A stretch of DNA of 64,000 nucleotides, taken from the IMG/VR virus record IMGVR_UViG_3300029258_004290, positions 1-64,000 of that record. One strand, given 5' to 3'. Source of the stretch: a virus. Position numbers and translations under genes: made by a program. Below are positions 26,450-35,402 of the stretch, piece after piece. The notes under the pieces were generated by a model that did not search any database, had not been told where the DNA came from, and saw only the letters and a program-made list of their open reading frames with translations. How positions within the stretch are numbered: position 1 is the first letter of the stretch; each line of letters begins with the position of its first letter.

Positions 26450-28255
26450 GTGCCTAGCCTCGAGAACCTGAAGAGGGAGGCGGAGCTCCGCAAGGAGAAG
26501 CTGCGGCGGGACAGCCGCAAGCTCTTCTGGGCGCTCTACCACCACCGCAACACGAGGGGGAGGCGCATGTCCTTCAGGGACGCGCGCTTCCTCGTCCCCA
26601 TCTACAAGGCGCTCGACGCGCACCGCGAGGTCGTGCTCGAGAAGAGCGTGCAGTGCGGGATCAGCGAGGCGTTCGTCATCTCCCACCTGGAGGAGGCGGC
26701 GAGGGGCTTGGCCGTCATCTACGCGCTGCCGACCGGGGACCTGCGGAACGGGTTCGTCCAGCACAGGGTCAACAAGCCGATCAAGGACATCCCGCTCTAC
26801 GCCAGGATCCTGAAGGACACACCGGTCGCGAGGGCCGACAGCGTGAGGCAGAAGAACTTCGGGCGGGGCGTGATAAGGTACGCGGCGTCGGACGTCGTGG
26901 AGAGCTGGAAGGAATTCCCGGCGGACGCGGTCTACCTCGACGAGAAGGACGAGATGGACCAGGACGTCATCAGGATGGCGCCGGACAGGCTGAAGTCGTC
27001 GGAGCACAGGCTCTTCAGGGCGGTGAGCAACCCGACGGTCGAGAACTACGGGATCGACGTGGACTGGAGGGAGTCGAGCAAGGGCCTGTGGCACGTGAGG
27101 TGCGGGTGCGGGGCGTGGCAGCCGCTCGAGTGGTACCGGAACGTGGTGAGGCGGGTCGGCGACGGGGAGTGGGAGTTCCTCGACAGAGAGTGGGACCCGG
27201 AGGACCCGGCGTCGGAGCTGAGGCCGGTGTGCGGGGAGTGCGGGAGGCCGCTGGACCGCTTCATGGCCGGGGAGTACGTGCACGAGAGGCCGGGGGCCAG
27301 GAAGCGCGGCTTCAGGGTGGACCAGACGTTCGGCGCGCCGAAGGTGCCGCTGCGGGAGGTCGGCGAGTGGTTCCTGAAGTCTAGGGGGAGCGCGCACGCG
27401 GAGCAGCTGTTCGACAACAGCGCGTGCGGGATGCCGCACTCGAGCTCCGAGAACAGGGTGGACAGGGCCGCGCTCAGGGGGTGCGAGGTCCCCGGGGCGC
27501 GGAGGGCCAGGCCGCGGGCGGAGGGCGAGGAGCCGCTGCGGAACGCGGTGGCCGGGATCGACGTCGGCAAGCGGTGGAACATGGTGGTCAGGCAGGCGTT
27601 CAGGGCCGGCGAGGGGCTGCGGGCGCCGCTCGTCTGGTGCGGCGTCGTGGACGGCCCGGAGGGCGCGCGGGCGGAGCTGAGGAGGTGGGGCGTGAAGCGC
27701 GCCGTGGTGGACGCGCTGCCCGAGGCGAGGCTCGTGAAGGAGGCGCAGAAGCAGGAGAAGGGCCTGTGGAGGTGCTACTTCTCCGACTCCGCTAAGTACC
27801 CCATCGTGAATAGAGACGAGAGGGCCCTGACGCTGGACAGGACGGAGGCCATCGACGCCGTGCTGGCGCTGGTGAGGGCGCGGGGGTACGAGAACCCGCC
27901 CTGGCTGATGGACGTCCCCGACTACGCCGACCAGATGGGGGCGAACACCAGGGTCTTCGTCGAGAAGCGCGGCCGGTTCGCCTGGCTGCAGACCGGGCCG
28001 GACCACTACCTCCTGGCGGAGGCCTACTGCGTCCAGGCCGCGCTGATGACGGTGAAGGTCGACTTCCTGGACTTCTACAAGGACGCGAGCGGAGAGGCCC
28101 AGGACGAGATCGAGAGGCTCGCGGCCCAGGAGCCGTCGTTCGGCCAGAAGGTGGCGGCGGCGACCGAGGGCATGAGGCCGGACCAGGCGCTCGCGGCGAT
28201 CGCGAGGCTGAACGGGTCTGAGGCCGCGCCGCCGGGGATACTCGGCGGCTTCTGA
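26450..28255 (+). CDS. terminase large subunit (GpA/SPO1-like)
   Basis: Deviant Walker A KSVQCGISE, Walker B VYLDEKD, SNPT coupling motif, CGC/CGEC zinc insert, nuclease GIDVG, VVDALP, PDHY. Confidence 0.88.
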   Translation: MPSLENLKREAELRKEKLRRDSRKLFWALYHHRNTRGRRMSFRDARFLVPIYKALDAHREVVLEKSVQCGISEAFVISHLEEAARGLAVIYALPTGDLRNGFVQHRVNKPIKDIPLYARILKDTPVARADSVRQKNFGRGVIRYAASDVVESWKEFPADAVYLDEKDEMDQDVIRMAPDRLKSSEHRLFRAVSNPTVENYGIDVDWRESSKGLWHVRCGCGAWQPLEWYRNVVRRVGDGEWEFLDREWDPEDPASELRPVCGECGRPLDRFMAGEYVHERPGARKRGFRVDQTFGAPKVPLREVGEWFLKSRGSAHAEQLFDNSACGMPHSSSENRVDRAALRGCEVPGARRARPRAEGEEPLRNAVAGIDVGKRWNMVVRQAFRAGEGLRAPLVWCGVVDGPEGARAELRRWGVKRAVVDALPEARLVKEAQKQEKGLWRCYFSDSAKYPIVNRDERALTLDRTEAIDAVLALVRARGYENPPWLMDVPDYADQMGANTRVFVEKRGRFAWLQTGPDHYLLAEAYCVQAALMTVKVDFLDFYKDASGEAQDEIERLAAQEPSFGQKVAAATEGMRPDQALAAIARLNGSEAAPPGILGGF

Positions 28256-28266
28256 GGGGAGAGAAG

Positions 28267-28695
28267 ATGGAAGAGGGCCAGGACGTCAGGGAGCTCGAGA
28301 CGCGCGTCAGCGTGGTCGCCGAGCCCGTCATACTGAGGCCGCGGTGCCAGCACGGCCACGAGTGCCCGCACGCCGGGTCGCACGAGACGACCGGCGAGCC
28401 GGAGACCCTGTCGGTCGACGCGGCGGACCTGGTCGAGCTGGCGCAGTCCAACCCGGGCCACCAGCCGCCGGAGCCGTGGCACGCGAGGATGACGCTCCGC
28501 GACGGGCGGAGGTTCGTCCTGCGCGCCGAGAGGGACTTCGCGGCGCTGGTCGAGGCGCACCGGAACAGGCTGCGGATCGACATCCTCGCGGAGCAGGCCA
28601 GGCAGGCCGAGGTCTGGTTGCGGCGGCACGGGCACGAGGGGCTGGCGGTCGAGGCCTGCGCCGAGCGCGCCGAGCTGACCGGGGCGGGCGAGTGA
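28267..28695 (+). CDS. hypothetical protein with weak FlbD-like core
   Basis: LSVDAADLVEL...RMTLRDGRRFVLRAE. Confidence 0.5.
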   Translation: MEEGQDVRELETRVSVVAEPVILRPRCQHGHECPHAGSHETTGEPETLSVDAADLVELAQSNPGHQPPEPWHARMTLRDGRRFVLRAERDFAALVEAHRNRLRIDILAEQARQAEVWLRRHGHEGLAVEACAERAELTGAGE

Positions 28696-29027
28696 GCGCC
28701 CTGGTCTGCCCCTGCGGCGGCAGGGTGAGGGCGAGCGACGACCTCATGACCCTCGAGTGCGGCAAGTGCAAGGAGAGGTGGACCGGCGCGGACGCGGTCG
28801 ACCTGCTCCGGACGGTCAACGAGGGCTCGGCGTCGCCACTGGACGCGGTCGACGAGCTGGTCGGGGCGCAGCGGAAACTGGCCGCCAGGATGGCGGCGGA
28901 GATCAGCGAGGACCGCACGGACGAGAAGAGGCGCCGGGCCGAGAGGGACCTGGCGCAGGCGAGGAAGAACGACGCGGAGCACACGCCGGAGAGGCTGAAC
29001 GCGATCATGGGAGGAAAGACATGCTGA
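28692..29027 (+). CDS. zinc-ribbon hypothetical protein
   Basis: CPCG...CGKC. Confidence 0.55.
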   Translation: MSALVCPCGGRVRASDDLMTLECGKCKERWTGADAVDLLRTVNEGSASPLDAVDELVGAQRKLAARMAAEISEDRTDEKRRRAERDLAQARKNDAEHTPERLNAIMGGKTC

Positions 29028-29269
29028 CGACGAAGAACACAGAAGACGGGAAGAAGAGGGGCGACGACAAGCCCAAGGCGAGGAAGAAGGCCGAGCCGAA
29101 GCCGTGCAAGGGCCACGTCTTCAAGGTGGACCCCGGGCACGCGGGCCCGGCGGTGAAGTACGGGCGGGACGGGGCCGTCACGGTCGCGCCGGCGACCTGC
29201 GAGAACTGCGGGCGGACGACGATCGAGGCCGTCAACGAGGCGCTCGAGGGCGCCGAGTTCAGGCGGTAG
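29021..29269 (+). CDS. hypothetical protein
   Basis: GGAGG SD; CxGH...CENC. Confidence 0.55.
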   Translation: MLTTKNTEDGKKRGDDKPKARKKAEPKPCKGHVFKVDPGHAGPAVKYGRDGAVTVAPATCENCGRTTIEAVNEALEGAEFRR

Positions 29270-29270
29270 C

Positions 29271-29396
29271 GTGGTCCACTGGGCCTGGGTGCTGATCGCG
29301 TTCGCGGGGGGCGCCGCCGCCATGCTAGGCGGCATGGCCTTGGCGGTGCTGTCCGACCTGGGCCCGCACCACCGGCCCAGGGGGCGGAAGCCGTGA
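29271..29396 (+). CDS. small membrane peptide (41 aa, not in the ORF track)
   Basis: VVHWAWVLIAFAGGAAAMLGGMALAVL...; fills the gap; GTGA coupling. Confidence 0.45.
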   Translation: MVHWAWVLIAFAGGAAAMLGGMALAVLSDLGPHHRPRGRKP

Positions 29397-29737
29397 CGCG
29401 CTACCCGCAGGTCCGCAGGTTCCCCCTGACGAGGGAGGGCGACGCCGCCAGGCACGCGAGCAAGGGCGGCATCGCCCTCGTCGTGCACCCGTCCAAGAAG
29501 ATAGGGTACGACCGCAGGACCGCGGAGTTCGGGATCCTGATGCACAACGTCCGGGGCGTGCTCGAGCAGTTCGCCTCCAACCTCGGGAACAAGTACCCGA
29601 CCATCACGCGGCGGTCCGCGAGGTGCTGGGAGGCGCAGCTGTTCGGCAAGCCGCTCGAGAACGCGAAGGGGCGGTCCGCGCCGGCGAGCCGGTTCGGCGT
29701 CTGCCAGGGGCTGAAGCGGCTCAGGAGGGCGAAGTGA
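29393..29737 (+). CDS. hypothetical protein
   Basis: Coupled ORF. Confidence 0.55.
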   Translation: MTRYPQVRRFPLTREGDAARHASKGGIALVVHPSKKIGYDRRTAEFGILMHNVRGVLEQFASNLGNKYPTITRRSARCWEAQLFGKPLENAKGRSAPASRFGVCQGLKRLRRAK

Positions 29738-30003
29738 CGAACACGGCCTACTTCATAGGCGCCGCGGACTACGCCCTGTACGGGGACAGCCGCAAGTGCC
29801 CGTACCCGGAAGGGACGGAGGAGCGCGCGGCGTGGATCAAGGGCTGGGGCCGTGCCATGCGGCGCGACGAGGCCGCTAAGGCGGGGGTGCCTTGGGGCAA
29901 GGTCGGGCGGGGAAAGCTGACGGGAGACGCTAGGCGGGATGAGGCCGTCCAAAGGTTTACCCGCATGTCGAGGCTCCGGATACAGAGGGTGATCGCGAAG
30001 TGA
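29734..30003 (+). CDS. ribosome modulation factor (RMF)-like protein
   Basis: AYFIG...G...KCPYPEGTEERAAWIKGWGRAM vs E. coli RMF ..GRSKEMCPYQTLNQRSQWLGGWREAM (from memory). Confidence 0.55.
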   Translation: MTNTAYFIGAADYALYGDSRKCPYPEGTEERAAWIKGWGRAMRRDEAAKAGVPWGKVGRGKLTGDARRDEAVQRFTRMSRLRIQRVIAK

Positions 30004-30117
30004 AGCTGGCGATGAAGTCGAAGGTCGTCCGCGTCCCGATCCACATGCCCACCGAGCTGACGGCCCGCTAGGGCCGCCGGCAGTCTTCATACCGACAACG
30101 ACCAAGGAGGAACGCAG

Positions 30118-30471
30118 ATGGAGGCGAGGCTGACCCTCGACCTGAAGATCCAGGGGACCGGCGCGGCGACGGACCAGCGCCTGGACAAGGTCATAGACTC
30201 CGTGCAGTCGCTCGGGAACGGCCTGACCGTCGTGAAGGACGTGACGGTCGCGACAGGCGGCGGCGACGTGGCGATCGACCTCACGCAGGTCGCCACGGGC
30301 ACGACGCTGCTCGTGAGCGCGCCCGCCGCGCTGAGCGCGAAGGTCAACGGGGGCCCGGCCGTCCAGTTCGGGCGGCTGCTCGTCATGCACTACGATGCGG
30401 CGGTCACGTCCCTGGTCCTGGTCAACGACACCGCGGCCGACGTGACCGCGACCGTGGCGGCGGCGTCGTGA
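30118..30471 (+). CDS. putative virion structural protein (beta-rich)
   Basis: AAGGAGG SD; Thr/Val/Ala-rich; first gene of the late cluster. Confidence 0.55.
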   Translation: MEARLTLDLKIQGTGAATDQRLDKVIDSVQSLGNGLTVVKDVTVATGGGDVAIDLTQVATGTTLLVSAPAALSAKVNGGPAVQFGRLLVMHYDAAVTSLVLVNDTAADVTATVAAAS

Positions 30472-31133
30472 CCGGCCTCAGGATAGGCGGGGAGAGCGAG
30501 CGCCCCCTCTCGCGGGAGCTGGCGCTGCGGGAGGCGCTGATGAAGGCCAGGTCGGGCCTCGTGCGGAAGAAGGTCACGGTCTCCCGCGGCGGCAGGACCT
30601 TCCAGACGACGGTGTGGGCCAGGCCGGATTTGACGGTCAGTGACCTGACCACCAGGCAGTACGAGGGCGTCCGGCGGGTCGTCGACGAGGCGATCGACTA
30701 CGCCAAGGACAAGTACTCGCCGTTTGCCCGCGCCGCGTTCGACAAGTACGTCGCGCACCGCAACAGCGGGCTGCCGCATCGCCAGGCCCTGGCAAGGCTG
30801 CGCGGCTCCCTGCAGAAGGAGCCGGCCGAGGCGGCCAAGAAGGGGGTCGGCGTCCCCAAGGACCTCGACGCGGCCTACGAGGAGAAGTACAAGGTCATGG
30901 AGGCCGCGGAAAAGGAGGCGCTGGCCGTCTTCAAGAAGCGCGGCATGAAGGTGCGCGACATCAGCGACCGCGCCGCCGACCGCCTCTCCGAGAACGTCGG
31001 CGACGAGCTGCAGGGCCTCATGGACAAGATCGACGAGGGAAAGCCCGTGTCCGCCAAGGAATGGAAGGCGGCGAAGGGCCGCGCCCAGGACCGGGGCGTG
31101 GACGCAATCATGGCCGCGATGGGAGAGACGTGA
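30468..31133 (+). CDS. tagged putative internal head protein A
   Basis: LSRELALREALMKA-RSGLVRKKVTVSRGGRTFQTTVWARP plus unique cargo. Confidence 0.7.
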   Translation: MTGLRIGGESERPLSRELALREALMKARSGLVRKKVTVSRGGRTFQTTVWARPDLTVSDLTTRQYEGVRRVVDEAIDYAKDKYSPFARAAFDKYVAHRNSGLPHRQALARLRGSLQKEPAEAAKKGVGVPKDLDAAYEEKYKVMEAAEKEALAVFKKRGMKVRDISDRAADRLSENVGDELQGLMDKIDEGKPVSAKEWKAAKGRAQDRGVDAIMAAMGET

Positions 31134-31765
31134 TGGACATCCGCCGGAAAATGGAGCTGCAAGAGCGCCTGAGGAAGGCCCGGGAGGGGCTGGTGGCCAG
31201 GAAGAAGACGGTCTACCGCAAGGGGAAGGCCGTGCAGACGACGGTGTACGTCAGGCCGGGCGAGAAGAGGGCGGCCGATAAGGAGGCGATCCGGGCCAAA
31301 GCGGGAAAGAAGCTGGCCGGCACAGGTAAAGCCGCGATGGACGCGGCCACAGAGGCGGCAAAACGCGCGTTAGGCGCCGACGCGGTTGTTAAGTACGGGC
31401 TGCGGACTGAGTGGGACAAGAAGCCGGAGTACTATGTGGAGACGAAGGACGCCGTTTATCCCGGCGCCAAGACTCCGGGCAAGGCGGTGGAGTCCGTGGT
31501 TTCCGAGCTCAGAAACCGGGCCGGCGACATGGGCTTTAAGACGATCGGAGAGGTGCTAGTTTACGAGCGGGGCCTCGGCCGGGCTTCGACCTTCGCCAAA
31601 AGGCTGGAAAGGGCCGGTTGGCACGAAGACGACGCGTACGACTTTGCGATCACTGCCTACGACGAGGCCGTCAGCAGGGCCACGAAGGGCGGGAAGTCCA
31701 TGACCGCCGAGGTCGCCAAGAAGGCGGTCGCCGCGGCGGCGAAGGCCGTAGAGGGGGAGGCGTAA
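31133..31765 (+). CDS. tagged putative internal head protein B
   Basis: IRRKMELQERLRKA-REGLVARKKTVYRKGKAVQTTVYVRP plus cargo with more AT-rich codons. Confidence 0.7.
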   Translation: MDIRRKMELQERLRKAREGLVARKKTVYRKGKAVQTTVYVRPGEKRAADKEAIRAKAGKKLAGTGKAAMDAATEAAKRALGADAVVKYGLRTEWDKKPEYYVETKDAVYPGAKTPGKAVESVVSELRNRAGDMGFKTIGEVLVYERGLGRASTFAKRLERAGWHEDDAYDFAITAYDEAVSRATKGGKSMTAEVAKKAVAAAAKAVEGEA

Positions 31766-32319
31766 TGGACCCGCGGAGGGTCCTGGCGAAGTCCCGCTTG
31801 GCCCGCGACGTCGAGGGGCTGCGCAAGGGCGTCTCGGCCAGGCGCCGGGCCAGGCAGGCCGGGGCGGCGGGCACGCTCGGCCTGGCGAGGCAGCGGATGA
31901 CCGGCGCGCCGCGGCCCGCGTTCGCGGCCAGGGTCGCGCTGCCGGGGGAGCGGCGCGAGTGGAAGGCCGGCACGCACCAGAAGACGGCCCAGGGCGGTTG
32001 GGTCAGGGTCGCGAAGACCGGGAGGGGCGCGAGGGTGAAGGGCCCGACGAACATACCGGAGGCGAACGCGATGGTCCGCGAGGCGATGCGGGGGGCGCGG
32101 GTCGTCGCCCGCATGGTCGGCGTGAGGCACGAGTACGCCGTCCGCGTGGGCGAGCGGGACGTGATGGTCGGCGACGACCTCGGGACGCTGGTGCACGCGT
32201 TCCAGCGTGAGCAGAAGAGGAAGGCCAGGGAAGTCAAGACCGCCGTGGACGGGGTGCGCGGCGACGCGTACTCGCCCGTCATGCGGGTGAAAGGAGCCAG
32301 GAATGTCGGCAGGAATTGA
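31765..32319 (+). CDS. tagged putative internal head protein C (type-2 tag)
   Basis: LAKS...LRKG...ALPGERREWKAGTHQKTAQGGWVRV. Confidence 0.6.
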   Translation: MDPRRVLAKSRLARDVEGLRKGVSARRRARQAGAAGTLGLARQRMTGAPRPAFAARVALPGERREWKAGTHQKTAQGGWVRVAKTGRGARVKGPTNIPEANAMVREAMRGARVVARMVGVRHEYAVRVGERDVMVGDDLGTLVHAFQREQKRKAREVKTAVDGVRGDAYSPVMRVKGARNVGRN

Positions 32320-32701
32320 CACCGCGCTGTCGCTGAGGGCGACGCTGCGCAAGGCGAAGGCGATCGGGGGCGGGCGGTTCGGCCTCGTCCGGCAGAAGAG
32401 GACGATCTCCCGCGCCGGGGGGACGTTCCAGACGACCGTCTACGTCCGCCCGGACAGGAAGGAGGCGAGGGCGATCAAGCCGGCGAAGGCCAGCGGCGCA
32501 CCCGGGGTCGCGGCGCAAGCGAAGTCTGACGCGCTGAAGACGCAGAGGGCCCGCAAGGAGCGCTTCGACAAGGTGTACTCCGAGTACAACCAGGCGCTGG
32601 CGAAGCTGAGGCCGACGGACAAGACGGCCGCGGCGGAGACGCTCCGCGCCATGCACCGGGGCCTGCAGCTGGCGAAGAACATCCTAGAGGGAGGCGGCTG
32701 A
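32303..32701 (+). CDS. tagged putative internal head protein D
   Basis: IDTALSLRATLRKA-...GLVRQKRTISRAGGTFQTTVYVRP. Confidence 0.7.
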   Translation: MSAGIDTALSLRATLRKAKAIGGGRFGLVRQKRTISRAGGTFQTTVYVRPDRKEARAIKPAKASGAPGVAAQAKSDALKTQRARKERFDKVYSEYNQALAKLRPTDKTAAAETLRAMHRGLQLAKNILEGGG

Positions 32702-34539
32702 TGAGCATCGAGAGGGAGCTGATCCGGCGCGACGCGCTGCGGAAGGCCCGCCGGGGCTGCGGCGCGGGGAACGCCGTCGCCGGCAGGGGCGGCAGGCCGC
32801 TGACCGAGGAGGAGCGCCGCAGGCGCCACAAGCGCCTGACCGGCGAGGACGAGCCGCCCCCGCGCGGGGCCGGCCGCCGCGAGGGGCTGAGGAAGGCGAG
32901 GGGCCGCGAGGGCCTCACGCCGCAGAAGAAGACCGTCACCAGGGGCGGCAGGACCTTCCAAACGACCGTGTACGTTCGCTCGGGTGAGAAGCCGGCCGGC
33001 GACGGGGGCAAGAAGGACAAGGCCGCCAGGGAAAAGGCCGGCTACGTGTTCCGCAACCGCGCCGCGCGGAGGATCTTCAGCCGAATGGAGAAGTTCGCCC
33101 CGGACCCGTTCGGCAACAAGGCGGACCGCGCGGCGTGGGACGCGGCGGAGAAGGCCTGGGTCGACGCCACGGTCGCCGGGGCCACCAAGACCCCGGCCGA
33201 CGACGCGGCGGTCGCGGCCGCCAAGAAAGCGCGCGCCGCGCACGCCGGCGAGGAGTTCAAGGAGAAGGGCGCGCGGGAGATGAAGTTGTCCGCGGAGGGA
33301 AAGACCGGCGTGAAGCAGGGCGAGGCGGCGGAACCGGCAAAGTGGTCCACGGCGGGGGTCGCCAGGGCCGCCGCGAGGGACGCGGCCAGGAAGATGCTCG
33401 CCGGGGCCAAGGCGGGCCCAAAGGAGTCCGGCGCGGAGGCGGCCGGGCGCCGGGACAGGGAGGCCGAGGCCCTGGCGAAGAAGATCGAGGGCGCGGTCGC
33501 CGCCGAGATCAAGGGCCTGGACCCGAAGAAGTCCGCGACGCTGAGCGCGGCGATGCGCGTCGCCAGGGCGGAGGCGGTCCGGGAGTCCGGCGGCGTCGCC
33601 AGCGCCTCGCAGGCGCGGGACGAGATCGATGACCCCTTCGTGACGGAGGTCAGCCAGGAGATGGGCCTCGAGGTTATGTCCATCCTGGGCATTGAGGAGC
33701 CGGCCGGGAAGTCGTTCGACGAGGCGTACGCCGCCGGCCACAACGCCTACGTCGCGGCGAGGATGGCCGGGCGGTCTGTGAAGCAGGCCGAGGGGGACGC
33801 CGTGTCCGCCGCCGCCGCCATGGCGGAGCGGATGAAGGAGGAGGACCCCTACGACGAGTTCCGGGAGCGGCGGGTCGCCGAGGCGCAGGCGCGGGCGAAA
33901 GGGAAGGCCGGCGGGCCGAAAGCCGCGGCCAGCAAGAAGAAGATGGAAGGCATGACCGTCGGCGAGTGGATGTCCGAGGGCCGCCCGCGGCGCCCGTCGC
34001 CCAGGAAGAGGGGCCCGGCCGCGCCGTGGCTCGGGCCCGCGGAGAAGTCCACGGCCATCGGGCGTGAGCTCGGCCGCAGGGAGGCCCCAAAGGGCGGAAG
34101 GGCCCCATCCAAGGAGAAGGGGACCTATGAGGAAAGGATGCACGCGAAGTTCACGGGCGCGCTCCCGAGGGACGAGCGGCGGGCCGAGTACTACAAGAAG
34201 AACATCAACCGCCTCAAGAATCTGTCGGCGAAGGGCAACGAGACGGCGTGGGAGACGGTCGCCGACATGGAGCTGGACAGGGCCTTCGGCTTCCCGAAGG
34301 GTGTGACCATGCGGATCAGGAAGACCGGCAAGGGCTGGTTCGCCGTCGCGGACGCCACGCGCGTCTCCACCTACAACAAGACGCCGGAGGGGGCGCTCGG
34401 CAGCGCGCTGCATTGGCGGAAGATCGGCCGGACGGAGTATGGCAAGAAGAGGCCAGAGGCCAGGAAGTCCACGGCCATCGGGCGCGAGCTCGGCCGCAGG
34501 GAGGCCCTGCGCAAGGCCAGGCTGAGGGGGCTGATATGA
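32701..34539 (+). CDS. tagged putative internal head protein E (multi-module)
   Basis: IERELIRRDALRKA; EGLRKA-RGREGLTPQKKTVTRGGRTFQTTVYVRS; internal KSTAIGRELGRREA twice. Confidence 0.7.
   Translation: MSIERELIRRDALRKARRGCGAGNAVAGRGGRPLTEEERRRRHKRLTGEDEPPPRGAGRREGLRKARGREGLTPQKKTVTRGGRTFQTTVYVRSGEKPAGDGGKKDKAAREKAGYVFRNRAARRIFSRMEKFAPDPFGNKADRAAWDAAEKAWVDATVAGATKTPADDAAVAAAKKARAAHAGEEFKEKGAREMKLSAEGKTGVKQGEAAEPAKWSTAGVARAAARDAARKMLAGAKAGPKESGAEAAGRRDREAEALAKKIEGAVAAEIKGLDPKKSATLSAAMRVARAEAVRESGGVASASQARDEIDDPFVTEVSQEMGLEVMSILGIEEPAGKSFDEAYAAGHNAYVAARMAGRSVKQAEGDAVSAAAAMAERMKEEDPYDEFRERRVAEAQARAKGKAGGPKAAASKKKMEGMTVGEWMSEGRPRRPSPRKRGPAAPWLGPAEKSTAIGRELGRREAPKGGRAPSKEKGTYEERMHAKFTGALPRDERRAEYYKKNINRLKNLSAKGNETAWETVADMELDRAFGFPKGVTMRIRKTGKGWFAVADATRVSTYNKTPEGALGSALHWRKIGRTEYGKKRPEARKSTAIGRELGRREALRKARLRGLI
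34044..34507 (+). repeat. 44-bp direct repeat (34044-34087 and 34464-34507, 1 mismatch), 420-bp period
   Basis: GAAGTCCACGGCCATCGGGCG(T/C)GAGCTCGGCCGCAGGGAGGCCC at both positions. Confidence 0.9.
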
Positions 34540-35237
34540 CCGCCGACCAGGTCCGGCGCCGGCTGGCGCTTCTCGGGGAGCTGCGGAAGGCGAAGGGCCG
34601 GGCGCACGGCCGCGGCCACCTCGTCCCGCAGCAGAGGACCGTCATCCGCATGGGGAAGCAGGTGCAGACGACCGTGTGGGTGAGTCCGGGGGAGGCCGGG
34701 CCGACCGCGGAGGGCGAGGCGAAGCCGGCGGAGAAGAAGACCGGCGCCGACAAGCCGCAGGCCTCCCCGGTGTGGGAGGGTCCGGCGAAAGGGAGCGCGC
34801 AGTGGTGGGTGAGGCTCCGCCACGAGTGGGACTACTCCGGGCTCGGCCCGAGGGTCGCCGCCGTGCTCGGCAAGGTCGGGGGCGCCTCCGCCGAGGACTA
34901 CGACGCCGCGGAGGGCCGCGTCATGGAGAAGTGGTACGCGGCCTACGATGAGGAGGAGCCGAAGAAAGCGGACCCCGTGGCCATGCGCGCCGCCAGGGCG
35001 GAGGCGAAGAGGCTGGCGAAGCCCGCGCCGAAGAAGGACAAGTTCGCGGAGTGGCAGAAGGCCTCCGACAAGGCGTGGCCCACCGTCGACCGCGTCGCCA
35101 GGGACCACGGCCTGGGCAAGGAGGAGCGCGGCCGGTTCCACACGGAGCTGTCCAATGCGATCATGGAGGGGAAGCCGACCGGCCCGATCGTCGGCAAGTA
35201 CATCCCGAAGAACCCGGCCGTCCGCCACCGCTACTAG
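34536..35237 (+). CDS. tagged putative internal head protein F
   Basis: VRRRLALLGELRKA-...GHLVPQQRTVIRMGKQVQTTVWVSP. Confidence 0.7.
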   Translation: MTADQVRRRLALLGELRKAKGRAHGRGHLVPQQRTVIRMGKQVQTTVWVSPGEAGPTAEGEAKPAEKKTGADKPQASPVWEGPAKGSAQWWVRLRHEWDYSGLGPRVAAVLGKVGGASAEDYDAAEGRVMEKWYAAYDEEEPKKADPVAMRAARAEAKRLAKPAPKKDKFAEWQKASDKAWPTVDRVARDHGLGKEERGRFHTELSNAIMEGKPTGPIVGKYIPKNPAVRHRY

Positions 35238-35402
35238 CAGGCACAACCTGCCCCCCTCGCCCGAAGCCAGGGCCGGGGAGCCAAAATAGCTACAGACTAG
35301 CCCCGCGGGCTCGGACCCGGCGCCGTCGCAGTGGCGCGGCAGCCGGGCAACCGCGCGCGCCCGCAGAGGCGGGCGAGGCGAGCCGGGGGCAAGGAGAGTG
35401 GA

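Noticed and set aside
26377-26457. Tiny ORF VTRELALRLEF...RRLRRA before terL resembling the cargo leader helix
   Set aside because: Too short and low-complexity, lacks the Lys site and tag; the similarity may be chance
8622-28255. Inteins or introns in the polymerase or terminase
   Set aside because: Motif spacing is normal, with no intein C/S...HN boundaries or interrupted frames
30468-35237. Repeated tag-coding DNA considered as a CRISPR array or DGR template/variable repeats
   Set aside because: Copies are in-frame, vary mainly at synonymous positions and are irregularly spaced; no cas or reverse transcriptase gene in the window
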